The notes: generated from the letters alone by a model not told the origin. Positions 17,594 to 26,175 are shown, counted from the stretch's first letter. The stretch is DNA of 64,000 bases from Chloroflexaceae bacterium (GCA_034437375.1 DAOTUK010000064.1:604-64603); one strand, 5' to 3'. Translations and numbers: made by a program.

Positions 17594-18192
17594 AGCAAGT
17601 ACGCAGCAAGCTCTGTCCAGGCCGTAAAGCGCCGGAACCCGTGTTCGTCGCCGGTGTTCTGGTTGGGGTCAAAGAGTAAGCGCTCTACGGTAGGCGGAAA
17701 GGCCGCTTCGGCCAGAAATTCGGGCAAGTCATCAATAAAATGGGTACACCCCACGCTGGCGATACGCTGGATTTTCTCCTGTTTGGTTAATTCAAAAAAT
17801 ACCTGTTCGGACGACAAACCAATGTGGGCCGGGTCGAAAAACCCGTAGTGTTCGAGCCACCCGCGGGCGGACTGGTGCAGGTCGAAAGCGGGGCCCCGAA
17901 AGGGATGGCGTGTCTTGTGGCTGATAATGCACACGGCAACCCCCTGCTGCTGGCAGCGCAGAAAGAAATCTATCACACCGGGGAAGGGGGCCGCCTCCTG
18001 CATACGCGGGCCATAGACATAGCCTTGCATTGCAGTCCAGGTGTCTTCCTGTCCACACTGGCGCAGATAGTCGCGCACGGCCCCTTTGCTTGCGGGTAGC
18101 TCCGGCGGAATGTGGTTTTGCTCCAGCGCAACCTGGTGAAACAGGGTATCGTAGCAAACGATCGTATTGTCAAAGTCAACGCCAATATGCAT
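17590..18192 (-). CDS. HAD-superfamily hydrolase (phosphatase fold)
   Basis: The N-terminal MHIGVDFDNTIV contains the DxDxT nucleophile motif. CIISHKT matches motif II, and FIDDLPEF is a motif IV-like acidic site. Confidence 0.7.
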   Translation of the reverse strand: MHIGVDFDNTIVCYDTLFHQVALEQNHIPPELPASKGAVRDYLRQCGQEDTWTAMQGYVYGPRMQEAAPFPGVIDFFLRCQQQGVAVCIISHKTRHPFRGPAFDLHQSARGWLEHYGFFDPAHIGLSSEQVFFELTKQEKIQRIASVGCTHFIDDLPEFLAEAAFPPTVERLLFDPNQNTGDEHGFRRFTAWTELAAYLL

Positions 18193-18205
18193 AGTGTAGA
18201 CCTGC

Positions 18206-19246
18206 CTATTCCAGGGTCATATCAATGATGGGGCGGGCTACCTTGCCGGCTTCCAGATCATCGAGGGCGGCGTTAATCTCGCTCAGGCGGTAGGTCTGGG
18301 GCATCAATACGTCAAAGTTGAATTTGCCAGCCTCCATCAACGTACAGTAGCGCGGGTAGTCGCGGTCGGGCACACTATCGCCGCCCCACGTGCCAAGCAG
18401 TTGCTTACCCTGGTTAAACTGTTGCGGGTTCAGCTCCACCTGTTCGCCATGGTGGGCGTTGCCAATGATAACCGCGGCCCCGCCCTGGCTCCGCACGCTC
18501 AAGAGGGCCTGGGTCATTACCTGGGGGCGGCCGCTGGCTTCAATGGCGCGGTCTACCCCGCCCGGACACATACGCTTGATAGCCTCAACCGGGTCTTCCT
18601 CTCCCGCGTTGATAGTATGGGTTGCCCCCATCTGGCGGGCCAGGTCAAGTTTGGCGGGCAATATATCTACGGCGATAATCGGGATACAGCCGGAGACTGC
18701 GGCGGCCGCAATGGCACACAGCCCTACCCCGCCGCTCCCAAAAATAGCTATGCTCTGGCCGGGGCGGGCCTGGGCGGTATTGAACACGGCCCCAACCCCC
18801 GTTGGCACCGCGCACCCAAGCAGGGCCGCCTGGCGCATGGGGAAGGCTTCTGGGAGCGGGGTCAACCGGTTCTCGCTGATTACGGCATAGCGGCTAAAGG
18901 TGGTAATTCCTCCGGCGTTGACGGTCGTTCCATTCCACTGGTAGGTAGTGCCCGGCACATTCATACCGCTGCCCTTAATCCACGAGAGGATGACCCGATC
19001 ACCCGGTTTGACCTTTGTCACGCCCGGCCCAATATCGTACACCGTGCCGCTACCCTCGTGGCCCAGACAGTGGGGCAGGAAGGGATCGTTGCCGCGGTGG
19101 CCCCGCGCTTCCAGCACCTGCGTATGGCACACGCCACTATAGGCAATGTCAACCACTACCTGGCCAGGCTTCAGGGTCGGCATCTCTAGCTCATCCAGTA
19201 CGAGCGGTTTGCCCAATTCAACCAGTATTGCTGCGGTTGTCTTCAT
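18206..19246 (-). CDS. Zinc-dependent alcohol dehydrogenase (MDR family)
   Basis: GVCHTQV...GHEGSGTV (catalytic Zn ligands), GDRVILSW, and the GSGGVGLCAI Rossmann motif. I chose the start at MKTTAAIL (19246), preceded by GGAGG. The track ORF extends to 19318. Confidence 0.85.
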   Translation of the reverse strand: MKTTAAILVELGKPLVLDELEMPTLKPGQVVVDIAYSGVCHTQVLEARGHRGNDPFLPHCLGHEGSGTVYDIGPGVTKVKPGDRVILSWIKGSGMNVPGTTYQWNGTTVNAGGITTFSRYAVISENRLTPLPEAFPMRQAALLGCAVPTGVGAVFNTAQARPGQSIAIFGSGGVGLCAIAAAAVSGCIPIIAVDILPAKLDLARQMGATHTINAGEEDPVEAIKRMCPGGVDRAIEASGRPQVMTQALLSVRSQGGAAVIIGNAHHGEQVELNPQQFNQGKQLLGTWGGDSVPDRDYPRYCTLMEAGKFNFDVLMPQTYRLSEINAALDDLEAGKVARPIIDMTLE

Positions 19247-19271
19247 CAGAGCGCCTCCATAAGAACAATTA

Positions 19272-20204
19272 TTAAAGGAAGTGTTGAAATATCCGCGAAA
19301 CGGTGTCGGTAATATCACGGGCGGTCAACCCCGTTTGTTCGCGGGCATAGGCTTGCTCGCCGGCTTCGTGTATGAAGCTGTCCGGGGTGCCTATGCGACA
19401 CAGGTAGGTATCATCGGGGTAGGGATGATCAGATAACCATTCAGCGACGCTACCACCAAGCCCGCCCAGAATGGAATGCTCTTCAATCGTCGCTACCATG
19501 CGATACCGCTTAAATATATCCATGAGGAACCTATCATCCAACGGCTTGACGGTATGCATACTCACCACCTCGACGGAAATATTCCTTTGCGTCAGTTCTG
19601 CGGCCGCTTCCATCGCCACGGGCAACATCGTGCCGGTGCTGAGCAAACAGCCATCGGTGCCGGTCTGCATCACGATACCCTGGCCAATTTTGAAATCGGG
19701 CGGCTGTTGATGTACCACCGGCTCGCCCTTTTTGCCCAGACGCAGGTAGACCGGGCCGTTGTGGGCTATGGCGGCTCGCAAGGCCAACCGCACTTCCACC
19801 GCATCAGCGGGACACACTACCGTCATATTCGGTAAAATACGCATCATAGCAATATCTTCGCAGGCATGGTGGGTTGCGCCAAGCGAGGCGTAGGAGAGCC
19901 CGGCCCCGACGCCGACAATAACAACCGGGACGTTGTGGTAGCAGACATCTATGCGTATCTGCTCGTAGCAGCGGGTGGTGATAAAGGGGGTGATGGTATA
20001 GGCCACCGGGCGCAAGCCCGACAGGGCCATCCCCGCGGCTACCCCTAGCATGTTCGCTTCAGCGACGCCACAGTTAAAGAAGCGTTCTCCAAACGCCGCT
20101 TTGTAGGAGTCGAAGAGCCGATTACCTATATCGCCAGAGAGCATGACAATCCGGGGGTCTTCGGCGGCCAGGGCGTTTATTTCGGCAGCAAATGCGTTTC
20201 TCAT
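19272..20204 (-). CDS. Transketolase, C-terminal (pyrimidine-binding) subunit
   Basis: FFNCGVAEANMLGVAAGMALSGLRPVAYTITPF and GATHHACEDIAMMRILPNM. 4-nt overlap with the N-terminal subunit gene. Confidence 0.85.
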   Translation of the reverse strand: MRNAFAAEINALAAEDPRIVMLSGDIGNRLFDSYKAAFGERFFNCGVAEANMLGVAAGMALSGLRPVAYTITPFITTRCYEQIRIDVCYHNVPVVIVGVGAGLSYASLGATHHACEDIAMMRILPNMTVVCPADAVEVRLALRAAIAHNGPVYLRLGKKGEPVVHQQPPDFKIGQGIVMQTGTDGCLLSTGTMLPVAMEAAAELTQRNISVEVVSMHTVKPLDDRFLMDIFKRYRMVATIEEHSILGGLGGSVAEWLSDHPYPDDTYLCRIGTPDSFIHEAGEQAYAREQTGLTARDITDTVSRIFQHFL

Positions 20205-21043
20205 ACTAACCCAAGCTCCATTCTGGCTTGCGCTACTTCTTCGGCGGTTGGAATACGATAGTGCCAGTTGTTATCATCTTCCATAAACGAGATGCCTTTA
20301 CCTTTGACCGTGTTGGCGATAACGACCACCGGTTTTCCGCCGCTATCGGGAACCGTACGCAAGACCTGCACCAGAGCGGCCATATCGTGCCCATCTACCT
20401 CGTGGGTGTTCCACCCAAAGGCTTCCCACTTCTGGCGCAGGGGCGAGAGCGCCAGCACTTCATTGCTGCGCCCGGTGGCTTGCCATTTGTTGTAGTCTAC
20501 AAAGGCCATCACAGTATCTACCTGGTGCGCGGCGGTCATCATAGCCGCCTCCCAGACCGACCCTTCGTTACATTCGCCATCGCTCATCACCACAAACACG
20601 CGGTAGGCTTGCTGCTGGATGCGTGCGGCCAGGGCCATCCCCAGGCCCAACGGTAGCCCGTGCCCCAGTGAGCCGGTAGAGGCCTCGATACCCGGCGCAC
20701 AGCCCAGGCTCGGATGTTCGGCCAACGCGGTGCCATCCTGGTTGAAGGTGTCGAGCAGGTCGGGCGAGAAGAAGCCGCGATAGGCCAGCGTTGCGTATAG
20801 GGCGGTTGCGGCATGCCCCTTGCTGAGAATACAGCGGTCGCGCTCCGGGGCGTCTGGTTGGGCCGGGTCAATACGGAGCGCCGACCAGTACAGCGCAACC
20901 AGTATATCTACACAAGACAATGCCGAACCGAGATGGGGGGTACCGGCGGCATGGGACATCTCAACCAGTTTGCCCCGAATTGTCCGGGCGATAGCGTCCA
21001 GTTCGTCCATATCAATGGGCTCATTGGAGGAGTGGTTGTGCAT
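20201..21043 (-). CDS. Transketolase, N-terminal (ThDP pyrophosphate-binding) subunit
   Basis: GTPHLGSALSCVDILVALYW, SKGHAATALYATLA, GSLGHGLPLGLGMALAA, and the ThDP motif VVMSDGECNEGSVWEA. Confidence 0.85.
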   Translation of the reverse strand: MHNHSSNEPIDMDELDAIARTIRGKLVEMSHAAGTPHLGSALSCVDILVALYWSALRIDPAQPDAPERDRCILSKGHAATALYATLAYRGFFSPDLLDTFNQDGTALAEHPSLGCAPGIEASTGSLGHGLPLGLGMALAARIQQQAYRVFVVMSDGECNEGSVWEAAMMTAAHQVDTVMAFVDYNKWQATGRSNEVLALSPLRQKWEAFGWNTHEVDGHDMAALVQVLRTVPDSGGKPVVVIANTVKGKGISFMEDDNNWHYRIPTAEEVAQARMELGLV

Positions 21044-21073
21044 AGTAGAACCTCGTTCCGTGTCTTTCTTGTT

Positions 21074-22072
21074 TTATTTCAAACCAAGCGATTGCATCAT
21101 TTTGATGTTGTAGTAGCGTATGTTATCCATCGGGTCGGGTATTTTGCCGCTCTGAAAGGCCGCAACCAGATCGCGTACGGCATCTTCAACCGTATGGCGT
21201 GGCGCAAATTGCAGTTCTTGCTCAAGTTTCTTCGATGAAATGTGATAGGAGCGGTTGTCATCGGTAGGGGTTGTGACGATTTCTACATCATCACCCACCA
21301 CGCCCCGCACTAGATTGGCAATGTCGGCAATACGCAAATTATGGTAGCCGGCGTTGTAGATTTTGCCGTCAATGGCTTCATCTGGCCATTCGAGCGTTTT
21401 GATGTACAGGTCGGTCATATCTTCTATGTGGATGTTGGGCCGCATCTGCTGGCCGCCAAATACTTTGATGGTGCGGTTGTTGACGGCGTGGTTGGTCAAG
21501 ATGTTGACGGAGAGGTCAAGCCGCAGGCGGGGCGAGTAGCCGCAGACGGTGGCGGGACGCAACACCAGCACCACAAAGCCGGGTTCGCGGGCCTCAAGCA
21601 GCACATCCTCGCAGAGCGCTTTGTATTTGGAATAGTCGGTCAGGGGGGTACGTTCTAGCTCTTCGGTCACATCTGGCTCGTCTTTAATGCCGTAGACGCT
21701 TGACGAGGAGGCGTAGATAAAGCGGCGCACGCCGCTCTTTTTCGAGACATCAACCAGGTCAAGAAAGGCATCATAGTTGATGGTCTTGCCCAGTTCCGGG
21801 TCGAGCTCAAAGCTCGGATCGTTTGAGATACACGCCAGGTGGATGACCGCATCACAACCAGGGATGTGCTGTTCCAGCAAGGCGCGGTCGCGTATATCGC
21901 CTTTGATTTGTTCGAGGTTGGGGTGATCTTTCACGGCGTCCAGCACATCGTCGCCGTAGATATACAGATCGAGCACTTTTACGCGGTAGCCGTTGTTAAG
22001 CAATTTGGGGATAAGGACGGCTCCGACATACCCGGCCCCGCCGGTGACAAAAACGCTTTGTATTTCACTCAT
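21074..22072 (-). CDS. NAD-dependent epimerase/dehydratase (extended SDR)
   Basis: VFVTGGAGYVGAVLIPKLL Rossmann motif, ASSSSVYG, and the YSKYK (YxxxK) motif. Confidence 0.8.
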   Translation of the reverse strand: MSEIQSVFVTGGAGYVGAVLIPKLLNNGYRVKVLDLYIYGDDVLDAVKDHPNLEQIKGDIRDRALLEQHIPGCDAVIHLACISNDPSFELDPELGKTINYDAFLDLVDVSKKSGVRRFIYASSSSVYGIKDEPDVTEELERTPLTDYSKYKALCEDVLLEAREPGFVVLVLRPATVCGYSPRLRLDLSVNILTNHAVNNRTIKVFGGQQMRPNIHIEDMTDLYIKTLEWPDEAIDGKIYNAGYHNLRIADIANLVRGVVGDDVEIVTTPTDDNRSYHISSKKLEQELQFAPRHTVEDAVRDLVAAFQSGKIPDPMDNIRYYNIKMMQSLGLK

Positions 22073-22100
22073 AGCAGTTATTTATGCTCCTGTTTCAACT

Positions 22101-22793
22101 TTATGCTTCATGGGCAACCAGATTCAGCCGGGCGCGTATCAGGTGGGCCGCGTCCAGCAGGCTTGCAGCGGTGTGAAAGGTATCGCTGTCTGTTGGGGGC
22201 GGCTCCGTCGTAAGTAAGAACCCCGGCACACCCGCCGCCGCGCCGGCCTGCACATCGCGCAGCGAATCGCCCACCATAAACGAATCGTCAAGCGCAATGT
22301 TCCAATCCTGCCGGGCCTGTGTCACCATACCCGGCGCGGGCTTGCGACAGGAACACACCTGACGGTACAGTCGTACGCTGGCCTCTGGTAGATGCGGACA
22401 GTAGTATAACACATCCAGGATAACCCCTTCAAGGGCCAGGGTACGCACCAGTGCGTTGTGAATGTCGAGTAAATCGGCTTCGGTCAACAACCCCCGCGCA
22501 ATGCCCGACTGGTTTGTTACCACAATGAGGAAGAAGTGTTCTTGCAATAGGCGCAGCGCCGGTACTACCCCCGGCAACAGGCGCAGGTCGGCCGCTCGCC
22601 GCAGATAGTGGACATCTTCGACCAGAACCCCGTCTCGATCAAGAAACATGGCCCGTCTGGGGCCATCGGGTCTGGATGGGGTTGGCGCTGGTGTTGCTAC
22701 GGCCAGGCGGCTATGACTGGGGAGGTGCCGATACCGGTCGGTGGTGCAACCCGTGGGGAACATAGTCGTATGGGCGTGGATGTCCGGGTTCAT
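22101..22793 (-). CDS. gmhB: D-glycero-D-manno-heptose 1,7-bisphosphate phosphatase (HAD IIIA)
   Basis: FLDRDGVLVED (DxDG nucleophile), VVTNQSGIARG, CSCRKPAPGM, and MVGDSLRDVQAG. The start is uncertain. 22793 forms an ATGA overlap with the gmhA stop. 22649 (MFLDRDG) and the track start 22832 are alternatives. Confidence 0.8.
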   Translation of the reverse strand: MNPDIHAHTTMFPTGCTTDRYRHLPSHSRLAVATPAPTPSRPDGPRRAMFLDRDGVLVEDVHYLRRAADLRLLPGVVPALRLLQEHFFLIVVTNQSGIARGLLTEADLLDIHNALVRTLALEGVILDVLYYCPHLPEASVRLYRQVCSCRKPAPGMVTQARQDWNIALDDSFMVGDSLRDVQAGAAAGVPGFLLTTEPPPTDSDTFHTAASLLDAAHLIRARLNLVAHEA

Positions 22794-23380
22794 TGCGCTG
22801 CTCGTAGTACTGCGGCACAGTCGGTCATACAATGGGTCAGGGCGTGGTGGGCCAGCTCCACACAGCCATATTCCTGGGCCGGTACATAAAAGTTCAGATG
22901 GCCCATATGGCGCAGGGGGTTGTCGGGTTTGAAGCCAGAGAACGTGATAATGTGACAGTTGCGGGCCTGACAGACGCGCACAGTGCGGAGGATATTGTTT
23001 GATTTGCCAGAGCTGCTAATGGCTATCAAGACATCGCCCGGCGCGGCCCATAGCTCCGCTAGACGTTCAAAGGCGAACTCGTACCCATAGTCGTTCGAGA
23101 GGGTGGTGAGCAGGGATTGATCGTAAAAGACCATGCTTGGGATGCCAACCGCGTGGCTTAAATCGTTATGGGTGTGGCTGGCAATCGCGGCGCTGCCACC
23201 GTTACCCACCAGCAGCACTTTGCTGGCCCCCGTACCCGCGGACAACAGTATCTCAACGGCGCGGTGGGTGCCGTCATCAAGCGATAGATTGGCCCCATCA
23301 CTATCGGTCACTTGCACATGCAGGATGCTTTCTGCGAGGGTGCGAACGTAGGATGTGGCACTGATAGGTGGTATAGACAC
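22790..23380 (-). CDS. gmhA: Phosphoheptose (sedoheptulose-7-phosphate) isomerase, SIS domain
   Basis: VLLVGNGGSAAIASH, DVLIAISSSGKSNNIL, and the HIITFSG pattern typical of GmhA. Confidence 0.85.
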   Translation of the reverse strand: MSIPPISATSYVRTLAESILHVQVTDSDGANLSLDDGTHRAVEILLSAGTGASKVLLVGNGGSAAIASHTHNDLSHAVGIPSMVFYDQSLLTTLSNDYGYEFAFERLAELWAAPGDVLIAISSSGKSNNILRTVRVCQARNCHIITFSGFKPDNPLRHMGHLNFYVPAQEYGCVELAHHALTHCMTDCAAVLRAAQ

Positions 23381-23397
23381 GTTTTTCTTCCTGGTAT

Positions 23398-24924
23398 TTA
23401 TTTTAATAACGTTTCAATATGCTTGAACAATGGTACCCGTTCAACCGGCTTCTGGTTGCCTACGGTAAGCACGGCCTGGGCCCCAACCGCGTTGGCGATA
23501 AACCCGACGATTTCTATCGGGGGATTCTGGACATCACACAGGGCACAGACGGCCAGGACAGCATCGCCAGAGCCAACCCGGTCAACAATGTGGCTGACAA
23601 AGGCGGGTACCTCAAAGAAGCCATCCGCTTTGCTATAGCAGAGACAGCCGCTTTTTCCGCGGGTAATCATAATGCGTTCACAGGCGGTTCTTTCGGCAAC
23701 ATCAAGCACAATATCGCGCAGATCTCTGGTCTGGTCGCGGACTTCCAGGCGAATTTCTTTTTCTGAGATGGAGATGTAGTCTGCACGGGGGTATTTTGAG
23801 ATGAGGTTAAATCCATGGTTGCCGGCGTTGGTCTGCGTATTCACAGCGAGATAGGGTGCTTTGGCGCACAAGAGCTTGACCACCTCCGGGGTAATCATTC
23901 CATGGCCATAATCTGTGACGATGACCACATCATAGTGCGGTAGCGCTTGCTCAAGGGCGTCGCACAATGCCTGGGTACATTCGTCGCTATTGGGGGTTTT
24001 ATCCATCACATAGATTTCAAATAATTTCTGAAATGGATAGGTTTCAACAAAGCGCCGTTTGACAATGGTGGGGGCATTATCCATGGTAATAAAAGTAGGC
24101 GCAACATTTGCAGCAAGTTTATCACGGATAAAGTCTTCGTGGGAGTCAAACGCGCCAAGCAAGGTCATCACCCCAACCTGCTCGCTAAAGGCGGCGGCAT
24201 GGTTGGCGACGGCGAGAATACCGCCAGCGAAAATCTCGCTATGGCTATAGCGGGCGGCCAGGATAGGCTCCTTCCCCGACTTGCCCATAGTCTCGCAATA
24301 TTGGTATTCGTCTATAATAGTTTCGCCAATGACCAGGGCTTTGAGGGTGCGGGTTTGTTCCAGATAGTGCAGCACCTGCGAAGGTTGGTAGCGCACCGTA
24401 AAGCTGGCGAGATAGTCAGTCACCTCTTGCGGAAAGACCGACATATGGCGGTTGATCAAGTTGGATGAGCTAAAGGTGATGTCGTCCGTGAAGGCGAGTT
24501 CGCCGCCAACCGAGGTAATGGCTTCTTCTTCCAGCAAGATACCGCCGGTTTTATCTTTGTCAAAGTCTTTATAGTCCGGGCCTTTCACGTAGAAGTGGGG
24601 ACGGAGCATATGGATAGCTTCAACGGCCATAGGCCAGCGGTTGAGAGCGACAAAATCTACACATGCGAGTGCGGCAATGGCCTCCAAGCGCAGGTGTTGG
24701 TTAAAGACGGGGCGATGGGGCCCTTTGTTGACGTGGGTATCGGGCGTCAGGGTCACAACGAGAACATCACCCATGGCTCTGGCTTGCTCAAAGTAGCGAA
24801 TGTGGCCAATGTGGAGCAGGTCGAAAACACCATGACAGTGGACGATGCGCTTGCCTTCATTCCGCAGACTAGCCAGTATCTCTGATAGGTCTTCTAGCGA
24901 TTGTATCTTCTTGTTTTTATCCAT
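23398..24924 (-). CDS. Bifunctional heptose-phosphate nucleotidyltransferase / PfkB-type heptose kinase (HldE-like, domains in reversed order)
   Basis: The N-terminal RIVHCHGVFDLLHIGHIRYFEQA is the HxGH cytidylyltransferase-fold motif. The C-terminal ~330 aa are ribokinase/PfkB-like and end with VDRVGSGDAVLA. I chose the start at MDKNKK (24924) to avoid overlap with the upstream gene ending at 24951. The track ORF extends to 24990. Confidence 0.8.
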   Translation of the reverse strand: MDKNKKIQSLEDLSEILASLRNEGKRIVHCHGVFDLLHIGHIRYFEQARAMGDVLVVTLTPDTHVNKGPHRPVFNQHLRLEAIAALACVDFVALNRWPMAVEAIHMLRPHFYVKGPDYKDFDKDKTGGILLEEEAITSVGGELAFTDDITFSSSNLINRHMSVFPQEVTDYLASFTVRYQPSQVLHYLEQTRTLKALVIGETIIDEYQYCETMGKSGKEPILAARYSHSEIFAGGILAVANHAAAFSEQVGVMTLLGAFDSHEDFIRDKLAANVAPTFITMDNAPTIVKRRFVETYPFQKLFEIYVMDKTPNSDECTQALCDALEQALPHYDVVIVTDYGHGMITPEVVKLLCAKAPYLAVNTQTNAGNHGFNLISKYPRADYISISEKEIRLEVRDQTRDLRDIVLDVAERTACERIMITRGKSGCLCYSKADGFFEVPAFVSHIVDRVGSGDAVLAVCALCDVQNPPIEIVGFIANAVGAQAVLTVGNQKPVERVPLFKHIETLLK

Positions 24925-24950
24925 ATTGTATCGGGTTCCTTGTGGGTAGG

Positions 24951-25964
24951 TTAGTTTGATTCCGTGGTTTTGCCTAAATATTTGAACCAATCGCTGGTTG
25001 CTTCAGCGATAGAGTGCTGCTCCCAGACGGGGGCTTCGCGCCAGAGGTCTATGTGTTCCAGCATAGTTCGCACGCCATCTTCAAAGCGTACCTGGGGTTG
25101 CCAGTGCAGGAAGGTCTGGATTTTGGTAATATCGGCAAAGGTGCAATCGGGCTCACCGGGTCGTTTGGGTACATACACCACCTCTCCACCAAACAGGCTT
25201 ACCAACTGGTTGACGCTGTAGGTATTGCCCGACCCCACGTTGAATATAGTGCCCGCAAGGTCGGATTCGGCGGCGCGGACGAGCGCATCAACGACATCGC
25301 TCACAAAGGTAAAGTCGCGCGTCTGGGTGCCATCTCCCACAACGGTGAAGGGTTTACCAGCCAACTTCTGGGCCAGAAAGACGCCGAATACGGCTCCATA
25401 CGAGCCGGTCGTGCGTGAGCGTGGGCCATAGACGTTGAAGAAGCGTAACGAAACACAGGGCATCTGGTAGATCTGGTGCCAGTGCATGACGTATTGTTCG
25501 CCCAGATACTTGGTGAGGGCGTAGGGGTACATAGGTTTGATAGGCGCGGTTTCAGGGGTGGGGTAAGTGTCTGGTATGCCATAGCACGAGGATGAGGCGA
25601 CATAGATAAACCGTTTGACGTCGGCGTTGCGGGCCGCTTCCAGCACCGATACAGTGCCGTTGACGTTGGCGTGGTGGTAGTTCAGCGGTTGCTGAATAGA
25701 GGGTACGATGTCGGCCAGGGCGGCGACGTGAAAGACCCAATCTACGCCTTCAAAGAGCGGGGTTATCGTGTCAGGTGCGGCTATGTCTACCCGATGCAGC
25801 GTGCATTTCGGGTTATCCTGAAGATGGGCGATATTTTCCATTCGGCCCGTCGAAAAGTTATCCAGGATAACAACTTCGTGACCATCGGCCAGGAGCCGAT
25901 CTACCAGATGACTGCCAATAAAGCCGGCTCCGCCAGTGACCAGTGTTCGATAGGTTGTGTTCAA
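24951..25964 (-). CDS. NAD-dependent UDP-sugar epimerase family (GalE/WbpP-like extended SDR)
   Basis: LVTGGAGFIGSHLVDRLL, ASSSCYG, YALTK, and LRFFNVYGPR...GDGTQTRDFTFVSDV. I infer a TTG start at 25964, preceded by AAGGAG. The 77-codon upstream extension of the track ORF (to 26195) runs through a palindromic repeat element and looks non-coding. Confidence 0.8.
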   Translation of the reverse strand: MNTTYRTLVTGGAGFIGSHLVDRLLADGHEVVILDNFSTGRMENIAHLQDNPKCTLHRVDIAAPDTITPLFEGVDWVFHVAALADIVPSIQQPLNYHHANVNGTVSVLEAARNADVKRFIYVASSSCYGIPDTYPTPETAPIKPMYPYALTKYLGEQYVMHWHQIYQMPCVSLRFFNVYGPRSRTTGSYGAVFGVFLAQKLAGKPFTVVGDGTQTRDFTFVSDVVDALVRAAESDLAGTIFNVGSGNTYSVNQLVSLFGGEVVYVPKRPGEPDCTFADITKIQTFLHWQPQVRFEDGVRTMLEHIDLWREAPVWEQHSIAEATSDWFKYLGKTTESN

Positions 25965-26118
25965 TGCTTTGTTCTCCTTACCTTCCAGGTTTCGTTTGCA
26001 ACCACCCCTGATTGTGCAGCAAACGAGCAGTATATAACCTCTCCCCCCACCGCCGATGGTATGGTACTGATTGTACTCAATGTGCCATTTTATTGCAAGG
26101 CGGCGCGAGGTGGGGAGG

Positions 26119-26175
26119 TGGGGAGCGCGGGCAGGATACCCGCTTTGGGGCAAGCGAGACGCTCGCGCTCCCAGG
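26119..26175. repeat. REP-like palindromic intergenic element (copy A)
   Basis: In gtggggagcgcgGGCAGGATACCCGCtttggggcaaGCGAGACGCTCGcgctcccagga, the outer arms gggagcgcg and cgcgctccc pair. There are two internal mini-hairpins. The element lies in a divergent promoter region. Confidence 0.6.

Noticed and set aside
22649-22832. Longest form of the gmhB ORF overlapping gmhA by 43 nt
   Set aside because: The extra residues are low-complexity and absent from GmhB proteins. An ATG at 22793 forming ATGA with the gmhA stop, or the Met directly before FLDRDG (22649), are more plausible starts.
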